Source: Vulcanimicrobiota bacterium
GTDB lineage: Bacteria; Vulcanimicrobiota; Vulcanimicrobiia; Eremiobacterales; Eremiobacteraceae
Direction: 5' to 3'
Assembly (NCBI GenBank): GCA_963805945.1
Contig: CAWDVP010000001.1
Span: 288,001 to 352,000, forward strand
Length of the DNA stretch: 64,000 bases
Positions 40,515 through 49,172 of this stretch are shown here, piece by piece. Under the pieces are notes generated by a model. That model saw only the letters and a list, made by a program, of their open reading frames with translations, did not search any database and was not told the origin of the DNA. The position numbers were made by a program, and so were the translations under genes. Position 1 is the first letter of the stretch, and every line of letters begins with the position of its first letter.

Positions 40515-41821
40515 GCGTGCGCCCCTGCGAGCGCGCCTTTGACCGCGGCTGCGAGCCCCTGCTCGAGATCCCAGATGAGATCGTCGGCGTCTTCGAGCCC
40601 GACCGAGAGCCGTACCGTGTCCGGCGTGATGCCGGCGGCGACGAGCTCGGCATCGCTCAACTGCTGATGCGTCGTCGACGCGGGATGGATCACCAGGCTC
40701 TTGGCGTCGCCGACATTGGCGAGGTGGCTCCACAGCTGCAGCGAGTCGATGAACGCGATGCCAGCCTCGCGGCCGCCGCGCACGCCGAAGGTGAAGATCG
40801 AGCCCGCGCCCTTGGGCAGATAGCGTGCGGCCAGCGCGTGGTACGGGCTCGCCGGCAGACCCGCGTACTTCACCCACGCCACCGCATCGTGCCGCTCTAA
40901 GAACGCGGCGATCCGTTGTGCGTTCTCGACGTGCGCACGCATGCGGACGGCAAGCGTCTCGAGGCCGAGGATTAGCAGCCAGGCGTTGAACGGCGACATG
41001 CAGCCGCCGATGTCGCGCCCGACCTCAAGCCTGGCGCGGCAGAGGAATGCGAACTCGCCGAACGTCTCGGCGAAGCTCATGCCGTGGTAGGCGGGGCTCG
41101 GCGCGCCGATGAGCGGGTGCTTCGGGCCCCAGCGAAACCGCCCCGACTCGACCATCACTCCCCCGATGATCGTGCCGTTGCCGCTGAGGAATTTGGTCGC
41201 GGAGTGCACGACGATGTCCGCACCGTGCTCCAACGGCCTGCACAGGTACGGCGAGGCGAACGTGTTGTCGATGATGAGCGGCACGCCGGCGGCATGTGCG
41301 ACCGCGGCGAGCGCCTCGATGTCCGCGATGTTGCCTGCGGGGTTGCCGATCGTCTCCGCATAGACCGCTTTGGTGTTCGGTTTGATGGCCGCGCGGATGG
41401 CCTCGGCGTCGGAATTGGGCACGAAGGTGACCTCGATACCCATGCGCTTGAGCGTCACCGCGAATTGCGTCACCGTGCCGCCGTAGATGTTCGACGACGC
41501 CACGAGATGGTCGCCTGCCTGCGCCAGCGTGAGGATGGCGAGCAGCTGCGCGGCCTGGCCTGAGGCCGTCGCCACCGCGCCCAAACCGCCCTCGAGGCTC
41601 GCGATCTTCTCCTCGAAGGCGGCGACCGTGGGGTTGGAGATGCGGCTGTAGATGGTGCCGTAACTGCGCAACGAGAACAGCTCGGCGGCGTGCTCGGCCG
41701 AGTCGAACACGAAGCCGGAACTCATGTAGATGGGCGTCGCACGGGCGCCCGTCGCAGGGTCGGGCTGCGTGCCGGCGTGCAACGCGCGGGTGGAAAAGCC
41801 GAATGAGCGGTCCTGGGACAT
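40511..41821 (-). CDS. metY: O-acetylhomoserine aminocarboxypropyltransferase/sulfhydrylase
   Basis: YSRISNPT, SGQAA, DNTFA, HSATKF, HPASTTHQQL. Confidence 0.92.
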   Translation of the reverse strand: MSQDRSFGFSTRALHAGTQPDPATGARATPIYMSSGFVFDSAEHAAELFSLRSYGTIYSRISNPTVAAFEEKIASLEGGLGAVATASGQAAQLLAILTLAQAGDHLVASSNIYGGTVTQFAVTLKRMGIEVTFVPNSDAEAIRAAIKPNTKAVYAETIGNPAGNIADIEALAAVAHAAGVPLIIDNTFASPYLCRPLEHGADIVVHSATKFLSGNGTIIGGVMVESGRFRWGPKHPLIGAPSPAYHGMSFAETFGEFAFLCRARLEVGRDIGGCMSPFNAWLLILGLETLAVRMRAHVENAQRIAAFLERHDAVAWVKYAGLPASPYHALAARYLPKGAGSIFTFGVRGGREAGIAFIDSLQLWSHLANVGDAKSLVIHPASTTHQQLSDAELVAAGITPDTVRLSVGLEDADDLIWDLEQGLAAAVKGALAGAHA

Positions 41822-41910
41822 AGGCCGTAGATCTCCCACAGATGAGCGAGCCCGGGAGCCTTCGGACTTCCATGCACCGCATGGTTTTCCTGGGATTTTA
41901 GCGCGTCGGT

Positions 41911-44001
41911 CTAGACGGCGTCCGTTTCGGCGGCCGGCTTGCGCTCGAGCAGGCGCTCGAGTTCAGCGGCGGGGAGCGGCGCGCTCAAGAGGTGGCCCTG
42001 CATCTCGTCGCAGCCGAGCCGGCGCAGCGCGTCGTACTGCGCGCGCGACTCGACGCCTTCGGCGACCACCTGGAGCTGCCGGTTGTGCGCCACGGCGATC
42101 ATGGCGCCGACGACCGACGCGTCGAAACTGTCCTCTTCGATGCCGCGGATGAACTGGCGGTCGATCTTCAGCGAGGTCACGGGCAGGCGCTTGAGCGAGC
42201 CGAGCGAGCTGTAACCGGTGCCGAAATCATCGATCGACGTGCGCACGCCCATGGCGACGAGCTGCCGCATCACGCGGATGCTGCGGTCGACGTCGGCCAT
42301 GATGCCGGTTTCGGTAAGCTCGATCTCGAGCGCGCCAGGATCGAGGTGTGCGGCGCGCAGCGCGCCCGTGATCATCTTCAAGAAGTGCGGCTCGGCGAAC
42401 TGGCGCGGCGAGATGTTCACCGTGATGCGCTTGGGCGCGCGGCCTTGGCGCTGCCAGTTCTTCATCTGCTCGCACGCGGCGCGCACCGCCCAGCCGCCGA
42501 TCGGCACGATGAGGCCGGCGTCCTCGGCGACCGCAGTGAACTCGTCAGGCAGGCGCAGTCCGAGCGACGGATGCCGCCAGCGGAGCAGCGCTTCGGCCGC
42601 GACTATCTCGCCGGTGCGCATCGCCGCGATCGGCTGATAGTGCAGCAGGAACTCCTCGCGCCGCAGCGCGTTGCGCAGCTCGTTCTCCAACGAGAGCCGC
42701 TTGACGGCGACGGCGTGCATCTCCGGGGCGAAGAACTGGAAGTTGTTGCCGCCGCGCTCCTTGGCCTTGTACATCGCCGTGTCGGCATTGCGCACGAGCG
42801 TCTCGACGTCGTGGCCGTCGGTCGGGTACATGCCGATGCCGATGCTCGCGGTGGTGTACATCTCGTGGCCGGCGACGACGTACGAGCGGCTCGTCTCGTT
42901 GACGATCTTCTGCGCTACTTTCATCGCTGTCTGGCCGGTGGGCAGGTCGGTGAGGATGATGATGAACTCGTCGCCGCCGAGGCGCGCGACGCAGTCGACC
43001 GCGCGCACGCTGCGACGCAGACGGCCTGCGACGGCTTTGAGCAGCGCGTCGCCGGTCGAATGGCCGAGCGTGTCGTTGACGTTCTTGAAGCGGTCGAGAT
43101 CGAGGAAGAGCACCGCGACCGGACGCTTGTGCCGGTCAGAGAACGCGATCGCCTGGTTGAGCCGGTCGGTCATGAGCATGCGATTGGGCAGTTCGGTGAG
43201 CGAGTCGTAGTGCGCTTGGCGCGCGAGCTGCGCTTCGGCTTCTTTGCGCTCGGTGATGTCGAGCATGGTGCCGACGCTGCGCACCGGCTTGCCGGCCAGA
43301 TCGAAATAGAACTCGCCGCGCTCCTGCACCCAGCGCACGGTGCCGTCGCGACGGACGATGCGGTGGTCCAGCGCGAACGGCTCGCGCAGACGCTTGGATT
43401 CTTCGAACGCGCGGGTGATGGCGGCCGTGTCGTCCGGATGGTCGAAACGCGCGAACAGCTGCGGCGCGTCGACGCCTTGGGTGAGCCCGAAGATGCTGTA
43501 GATCTCGTCCGACCAGAACAGCGCCCCGCCCGGTAGTTCCATCGACCAACTGCCGAGGTGCGCGAGCTGCTGCGCCTGGGCCAACGTCGCGCGGCTCTGC
43601 TGCAGAGCTTCTTCCGTGGCGACGCGCTCGGTGACGTCGCGGAAGCTCCACACGCGGCCGACGGGTTCACCGTCGACGAGCTGCGGGATCGAATAGCGTT
43701 CGAAGGTGCGTCCGTCGTGGAATTCGAGCACGTCGAAGCTCTCGGCCTTCGGATCCGCGTAGAGCTCGCGGACCTTGTCGAGGAAGGCGTCGGGATCTTT
43801 GAGCTGGCGCAGGACGTGCGCGATGGCGCGCTCGTCGTCACGCGACGCGAGGACGTGTTCCGACACCCGCCACATCGAGGCGAAGCGCTTGTTGAAACGG
43901 ACGATCTTGCCCTCGCGGTCGACGACAAGGATGCCGTCCGCGGTCGCTTCGAGCGTCGCGAGCAGCATCGACCGTTCGGCCGCCAGTGAATCCGTCGAGA
44001 T
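41911..44001 (-). CDS. PAS-PAS-GGDEF-EAL protein (start ATC 44001 or ATG 43968)
   Basis: D.LT.LPNR, DLDRFK.VND, RLGGDEF, EALLRW, DDFGTGYSSL. Confidence 0.94.
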   Translation of the reverse strand: MSTDSLAAERSMLLATLEATADGILVVDREGKIVRFNKRFASMWRVSEHVLASRDDERAIAHVLRQLKDPDAFLDKVRELYADPKAESFDVLEFHDGRTFERYSIPQLVDGEPVGRVWSFRDVTERVATEEALQQSRATLAQAQQLAHLGSWSMELPGGALFWSDEIYSIFGLTQGVDAPQLFARFDHPDDTAAITRAFEESKRLREPFALDHRIVRRDGTVRWVQERGEFYFDLAGKPVRSVGTMLDITERKEAEAQLARQAHYDSLTELPNRMLMTDRLNQAIAFSDRHKRPVAVLFLDLDRFKNVNDTLGHSTGDALLKAVAGRLRRSVRAVDCVARLGGDEFIIILTDLPTGQTAMKVAQKIVNETSRSYVVAGHEMYTTASIGIGMYPTDGHDVETLVRNADTAMYKAKERGGNNFQFFAPEMHAVAVKRLSLENELRNALRREEFLLHYQPIAAMRTGEIVAAEALLRWRHPSLGLRLPDEFTAVAEDAGLIVPIGGWAVRAACEQMKNWQRQGRAPKRITVNISPRQFAEPHFLKMITGALRAAHLDPGALEIELTETGIMADVDRSIRVMRQLVAMGVRTSIDDFGTGYSSLGSLKRLPVTSLKIDRQFIRGIEEDSFDASVVGAMIAVAHNRQLQVVAEGVESRAQYDALRRLGCDEMQGHLLSAPLPAAELERLLERKPAAETDAV

Positions 44002-44110
44002 CTGCGCTCACCTCCTTATCAGAACTATCGTCTTTTCGAGGGTCGCGCGAAACGACATGCGTCCGGCAGGGCCGCACGCTTGTACTATGAGCCCCGTCAC
44101 ACGCATTTAT

Positions 44111-44136
44111 GTAGGGGCCGATCTTTAGATCGGCCC
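44111..44136 (+). repeat. REP-like palindrome, family B
   Basis: GTAGGGGCCGATCT-TT-AGATCGGCCC. Confidence 0.85.
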
Positions 44137-45278
44137 TAGTACGGCGTGCACATGGGGTCGCCGATGACGATCTCTTTCCACACGATCTCGCTTAGGCCGG
44201 CATAAAAGGCTTCGGCCAGCGTCCGGCCGCTCGTATACGATTTGAACACGCTGGGCGGATCCGGGATCGCATTGAGGTAGGGCTCGGTGACGTCGCCGTG
44301 GACGCCGGTGACTCCCTGATGGATGAGGTCGGCGATCTGGCTCTGGCCGCCGCCCGGCGTGCGGATGTTGCTCGCCGAAGTGCTCACCGCGGTCTCGGCG
44401 ATTCCCCCCGGCACGAAATGCAGCGCGTGATACGCCGCCGCCGAATAATGGTAATCGTTGCTGCCCCAACTGACATAGCCGGAGAGCGCGGCAGCGGGCG
44501 CGACGAACGTCGTCGTCAGATCGATCTGGGCGTCGTAGCCGGCGGCGGCGAGCTGGCTTTGCGCGAGGATCATCGCTTGGTTGAAGGTGTCGTACGGTCC
44601 GGTCCGGTCCGGATCCTTATCGAAGAAGAATTCGCCGTGCGGGTGCGTGCCGTCGCCCGAGAGCCCGAGCTGGATGAGGCTCTGGACGTCGCTCACCGAT
44701 CGGCCGTCCAAGCGCGTCACCAGCACCATGTGGTATGTCGCCGACGAGAACGCCGTCGTCGTGCCGTAATAAGGATTGAAGAGCGCGCCGCTGCTCGGGA
44801 AAGCGCCCGTCGCTTGGCTAACGATGCCGTCGACGCTATAGCCGTCGAAGGTCTTGCCGGCGTCTTGCACGATGTACGGCATGCCGTAGATCATGACGAC
44901 GAAATCGATGCGCGTGCCGGCAGTCCCCAGCGTCTTGATCGCGTTCGCGACCGGCGTGAAGATCTGCGTCTGCAGGTTCGACTGGGTGATGCCGTAGCTG
45001 CTGATATTGTTGGTGAGCGGCAACGACAGCAGGTTGGCGGCCGGGATCTTGCGGCCGGTCATGTAGGTCGCCGCCAACTGGGTGCTCGAAGCGATGTTGG
45101 AGTTCGCCACCACGAGCACGTGCGCGGCGAGCGGATTGACGGGCTGGGGGGTGGCGGTGGGAGGAGGCGTGGGCATGCCGGGCAGCGCGGAATGGCTGCC
45201 GCCTCCGCAGGCGGTAAGGGCCATGGCGGACACGAGCGCGACCACAGCGCCGAGGCGCGAGAATCCCTTCACGTCCAC
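44136..45278 (-). CDS. TIGR03790-like lipoprotein
   Basis: LTAC lipobox; VLVVAN..S..LA..Y...R.IP..N, VTRLDG, G.V.EPYL, IGDP. Confidence 0.75.
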   Translation of the reverse strand: MDVKGFSRLGAVVALVSAMALTACGGGSHSALPGMPTPPPTATPQPVNPLAAHVLVVANSNIASSTQLAATYMTGRKIPAANLLSLPLTNNISSYGITQSNLQTQIFTPVANAIKTLGTAGTRIDFVVMIYGMPYIVQDAGKTFDGYSVDGIVSQATGAFPSSGALFNPYYGTTTAFSSATYHMVLVTRLDGRSVSDVQSLIQLGLSGDGTHPHGEFFFDKDPDRTGPYDTFNQAMILAQSQLAAAGYDAQIDLTTTFVAPAAALSGYVSWGSNDYHYSAAAYHALHFVPGGIAETAVSTSASNIRTPGGGQSQIADLIHQGVTGVHGDVTEPYLNAIPDPPSVFKSYTSGRTLAEAFYAGLSEIVWKEIVIGDPMCTPY

Positions 45279-45280
45279 TC

Positions 45281-45308
45281 CTATGGAGCGGTCGAATTCA
45301 TTCGACCG
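45281..45308 (+). repeat. REP-like palindrome, family A, overlapping GNAT 3' end
   Basis: CTATGGAG-CGGTCGAATTCATTCGACCG. Confidence 0.85.
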
Positions 45309-45754
45309 TCGATATCATACCGCAGCAGCGGTAGCACGCGCTGTGACGACGACTTGATCGTGCCCGCGCGAACGGCGCCCATCTTTAGATAGAAGCCTTC
45401 GGCATTGGGGTCGCTTTCGATGAGGAACGCCGCGTGGCCCGCACTGCCGGCCGTTTCGACCGCGTGTCGCCACAACGCTTTTCCGACCCCGCGGCCGATG
45501 CGCGTCGGATCCACCCACATATCGTCTAAGAACAGCCGGCCGTCGATATTGCAAAACGCGTAGAAGCCCGCGACGCCGTCTTCGTCCTCGGCGACGAAAG
45601 CGAGTGGGCCCGCCAGCTTCTCGGGTGTCTGCGTCAGCGCGTCGCGCACTCGCTCCATGAAGGTGGCATCGTACTCCCAATGAGCCTTCGAGCGCATGGC
45701 GAGGGCAGTGAGGTCGACCGCTTCCTCCGGCCTCGCCTTGCGGATTATAAGCAC
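45281..45754 (-). CDS. GNAT N-acetyltransferase
   Basis: RSKAHW.Y, WVDP..IGRG.GK.L, SDPNAEGFY.KMG. Confidence 0.88.
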   Translation of the reverse strand: MLIIRKARPEEAVDLTALAMRSKAHWEYDATFMERVRDALTQTPEKLAGPLAFVAEDEDGVAGFYAFCNIDGRLFLDDMWVDPTRIGRGVGKALWRHAVETAGSAGHAAFLIESDPNAEGFYLKMGAVRAGTIKSSSQRVLPLLRYDIDGRMNSTAP

Positions 45755-45842
45755 CGCGCGCTCTTTGGTGCCTCCACGCGCGGACCCTCGGCGCAGTAAC
45801 TTTGCCCTTGCGGTCGAACACACGCGAGCGTAGGAGGACTTA

Positions 45843-46436
45843 ATGTCGCTCGAACTTGCCAATGTGCTCGCGTCCATGTTCACCGCCTTGGTCATCGCCG
45901 CCACCGCCATCGCCGCATTGGGCCAGCTGCGGCACATGCGGATGGGCAATCAGATCACGGCGTTGCTCGCGCTGCAGAGCGAATTCGATACGCAGGAGTT
46001 CCGCGACGCGGAGGTGCTGGTGCGCCAAGACCTCGCGAGGATGATCGAGGACGAGTCCTTCTGCATCTTCCTGGTGACGTATTCTCGGAACAGGGAATCA
46101 GTCGCGCTTCGAAAGGACTACGTCCAGCTGCGTCAGGCGGCAAACCTCATCGCGAACACGTACGAGAACCTCGGTGCGTTGGTCAAGAACGGCATCATAG
46201 ACCGTCGCCTCTTCCTGGACATCTATTCCTGGATCGTCGCGGGAAGCTGGTCGCAGCTCGAAGGGTTTACGGCCATCGGACGCGCCGCCAGCGGCACGGA
46301 TTCGATCTTCGAGAACTTCGAGTACATCGCCGCGATATCGCGCGAATGGCTCGACACGAACCCGATAACCTATCCCGCTAACCAGGCTCGTCTCAACGCG
46401 AAGCTTCCTAAGGCTGCCGAGAACCTGTTCAAGTAG
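45843..46436 (+). CDS. Hypothetical membrane-anchored protein (DUF4760-like)
   Basis: AGGAGG RBS, N-terminal TM, N.YE.LG.LVK.G..D, FENFEY. Confidence 0.7.
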   Translation: MSLELANVLASMFTALVIAATAIAALGQLRHMRMGNQITALLALQSEFDTQEFRDAEVLVRQDLARMIEDESFCIFLVTYSRNRESVALRKDYVQLRQAANLIANTYENLGALVKNGIIDRRLFLDIYSWIVAGSWSQLEGFTAIGRAASGTDSIFENFEYIAAISREWLDTNPITYPANQARLNAKLPKAAENLFK

Positions 46437-46507
46437 CCGACGGTCAGGCTCGAACTGACGACCTGCGGTTTACGAAACCGCTGCTCTACCAACTGAGCTA
46501 CGTCGGC
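46435..46507 (-). tRNA. tRNA-Thr (anticodon CGT), CCA not encoded
   Basis: GCCGACG/CGTCGGC acceptor, AGCTCAGTTGGTAGAGC D arm, GCGGT-TTCGTAA-ACCGC, GTTCGAG T loop. Confidence 0.95.
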
Positions 46508-46569
46508 GGAATGGTGCAAGCCGGGGGCAATGCTTTTCTTTCCCGCCATGCGACACGCCTGCGAACCCT

Positions 46570-48366
46570 TCACGCGGGCTGGATCTGCGCCGCCGCGAGC
46601 TGCGACTGCAGCGACTCCATCTCCCGCCTGATCGACTCCACTTCGCGCTTCATGGCCTCGGCGTCGAGGTGATCGTAGGCTGCTGAAGCGCCGGGCGCAA
46701 GCGCGGCGATGGTCTTGATCTCGTCCGGATCCAGGCCCTCGCCGTGGATATGGGAACCGTAGAACACGACAGCGGCAAGTTCTCGACGCACGATGATGGG
46801 CAAGGCCAGCACCGGATGCGACGGCCCCGAGGGCACACCCTGGGCGCGCCACGGATGATCGTACAGCGACACAGGCCCTTCCTCTGCTTGCAGCAGCATC
46901 AATAGGTGCCCGTCATCGTCGTCCAAGCGAGAGATATCGCTTGCGTTCCAACCCTCCGCCGCTTCACGGACGTATGCGCCGTCCTTACCGCGCCGGAAGA
47001 GAGCGGCGGAGGCGAGGCGGAGCGCCCGCACTGGCTCCTTGACCAATGCTTGGGCCACATGCTGCGCTGACGTCGCGAACGGCAGTGCCGCCGCATTGCG
47101 TGCGAGTTGGACCTCCGCCCGGTGACGTTGGCGGAAGAACGTCGCGTCGATCAACGAATCCACGCGCCTGTGCAGACCGTTGAACCACAGGCCGAAGGCG
47201 ACGACCGCGCCCACCTCCGCGATCGTCCCCAGTCGGGCCAGCCGCAGATAGTCGCTGAAGAACCAGTCGATGACGGAGAACACGGCGACGAGCAGCGTGG
47301 TCAGCACGCCGAACACGAGCGTGCGGCTCACGACGAAGCTCACATCGATGACGCGATGCTTGATCACCGCATAGGCGACGCTGAGCGGCACGATGATGGT
47401 GGCGAGCGCCAGCACGTGTGCGAGCCAGATCGGCTCGCTGGGCCAATACACGCCAAGGAAGAGCGCCACGTACTGTATGACCAGGTTGATCCCGAACCCG
47501 ACGACGATCCAGCGAATGCGCTGTCTATCCTCTCCGCGTGCGCGCATATAGGTGTTCACGAACAGGTACATCACCATGAGCGACCACAGCGCGGGTATGA
47601 CGACGTAGATGCGGGTGAACAGCTCGCCCGGTGGGCCGCCGATCCAGCCCCACTGATACTCCCAGCACAGTCCGAAGATGACCAGCGCCGCGAAAAGCCA
47701 CGGCATAGCTCGTAGCGCCGACGACCTCCATCCCTCGACTGGCTCATTGAGGAAACATAGGGCGAAGACGAGCAAGCCGACGATTCCGGCGGCAGAAAGC
47801 GCAAATTGGAGAGGATACTCCATATACGTCCAGGGGAACGGAAATAGGAGCTCTATGCTGTAGAACGTGAACGGAGCATTGGCCAAGCAATAGAGGAAGA
47901 ATCCCCAGGTCATCAGGCCTGGTCGGAGCAACACGAGCGCGGCGCCGAGGATGATGTAGAGCATGGCGACGGCAAGCACCGCGATGCGGTAGGCGGTGTA
48001 GTAACGTTCAGTGACCTGCGGCGTCGAGGTGAGCGTGACGGGCCGTGGGGCGCCGCCATGCTTCAACCCGAACGTGATGCTCTCGCCGGACGTCAGCGTG
48101 CCACCTTGTGCGGCGTAATACCTGAATCGCGCCGGCGTCGTTTGCAGGTCGATGATATCGCCGACCTGCATCCCGGCCTTTTCGGCGGCGGATCCGCCCT
48201 CGACGTAATTCACCACATCGTCGCCGTCGGTCGAGTAACCGAAGACGCCGATGGGGGTCCAAATACGCCGGAGGTCCAACCCGCCCGCCACAAGGACCAG
48301 CAGCGACAGCGCGACGACGACAAACATGCGTATTGAGGCTCGGTTTGACTGACTGTCTGTAGACAT
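46570..48366 (-). CDS. Membrane sensor-like protein: PDZ, multi-TM, GAF-like, short coiled coil
   Basis: V..GSAAEKAG...GD.I PDZ motif; about 9 TM; LALPI....L.....YG GAF-like end. Confidence 0.75.
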   Translation of the reverse strand: MSTDSQSNRASIRMFVVVALSLLVLVAGGLDLRRIWTPIGVFGYSTDGDDVVNYVEGGSAAEKAGMQVGDIIDLQTTPARFRYYAAQGGTLTSGESITFGLKHGGAPRPVTLTSTPQVTERYYTAYRIAVLAVAMLYIILGAALVLLRPGLMTWGFFLYCLANAPFTFYSIELLFPFPWTYMEYPLQFALSAAGIVGLLVFALCFLNEPVEGWRSSALRAMPWLFAALVIFGLCWEYQWGWIGGPPGELFTRIYVVIPALWSLMVMYLFVNTYMRARGEDRQRIRWIVVGFGINLVIQYVALFLGVYWPSEPIWLAHVLALATIIVPLSVAYAVIKHRVIDVSFVVSRTLVFGVLTTLLVAVFSVIDWFFSDYLRLARLGTIAEVGAVVAFGLWFNGLHRRVDSLIDATFFRQRHRAEVQLARNAAALPFATSAQHVAQALVKEPVRALRLASAALFRRGKDGAYVREAAEGWNASDISRLDDDDGHLLMLLQAEEGPVSLYDHPWRAQGVPSGPSHPVLALPIIVRRELAAVVFYGSHIHGEGLDPDEIKTIAALAPGASAAYDHLDAEAMKREVESIRREMESLQSQLAAAQIQPA

Positions 48367-48464
48367 GCATGATCCTATGCTTGCTTACGCGCGATCACGC
48401 CTGGTCGAAGAGTCGCCGGCGCTCTCGTGACTTTGACGCGGGCGAGGGTCTTTCTTACCGCTCG

Positions 48465-49076
48465 CTACGAGTCGCACGGCGGCAGTTTTCGCAGCGTATC
48501 CTCGCTGCGCTCGAGCGCGTCCTTCGCGGCCTGGACGCTTGCGGCGGCCGCCGGATCGAGCGCGGGCGGTACCCTGCCGGCTGCAAGTGCGGCAAGGTAC
48601 GCCCGCCGGCTCTTCGACAGCGCCAGCGAGTATAGGTCGAGCCCATGCACGTAGCGCACGACGTCATCCACCGCGGCCGAGGTCTGCACCGCATACGAGG
48701 CCGCGACCTCGGACTGCGCGCCTGCAAGGCCCGGCTCTTTGGTGTTGATGACAGCGGTGATCGCCTTGACCTCCGTGTTGGCGTCGGCGGCGACGGCTCG
48801 CCATGCCGGCCCGGGCGGCGCCACGGGCGGCTGCGCGAGGGTCGTCCGTTCCGTCGTCGTCACATAGGCGTTGAACGCGTCGTTCCAGGCCCTGAAAGCA
48901 GTGCGAAAATCTGCGATCGCGTGTCCGCAAGCGATGCCGTCGAACGTAGGGACCGGCGAAGGACCGGTCAGCGGGGTCGATGTCGCGTCCGCCCAGACAG
49001 CTGTCGGCACGCACAATAGCGCCACCGCGCAGAGGGCGGTGGATCGAACGCGTCGCGTTGCCGGTATCCTCGTCAC
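48465..49076 (-). CDS. Secreted hypothetical protein
   Basis: Signal-like N-terminus (..VWA), helical Ala-rich body. Confidence 0.6.
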   Translation of the reverse strand: MTRIPATRRVRSTALCAVALLCVPTAVWADATSTPLTGPSPVPTFDGIACGHAIADFRTAFRAWNDAFNAYVTTTERTTLAQPPVAPPGPAWRAVAADANTEVKAITAVINTKEPGLAGAQSEVAASYAVQTSAAVDDVVRYVHGLDLYSLALSKSRRAYLAALAAGRVPPALDPAAAASVQAAKDALERSEDTLRKLPPCDS

Positions 49077-49172
49077 TGGGATGCCTCTTGCGGAGCCGCG
49101 CGTTCATTCCTTGCCGAGCGGATCGGCTGCGCACAGGCCCTCACGGCTCTCGAGCAAAACCATCGGCACAGC

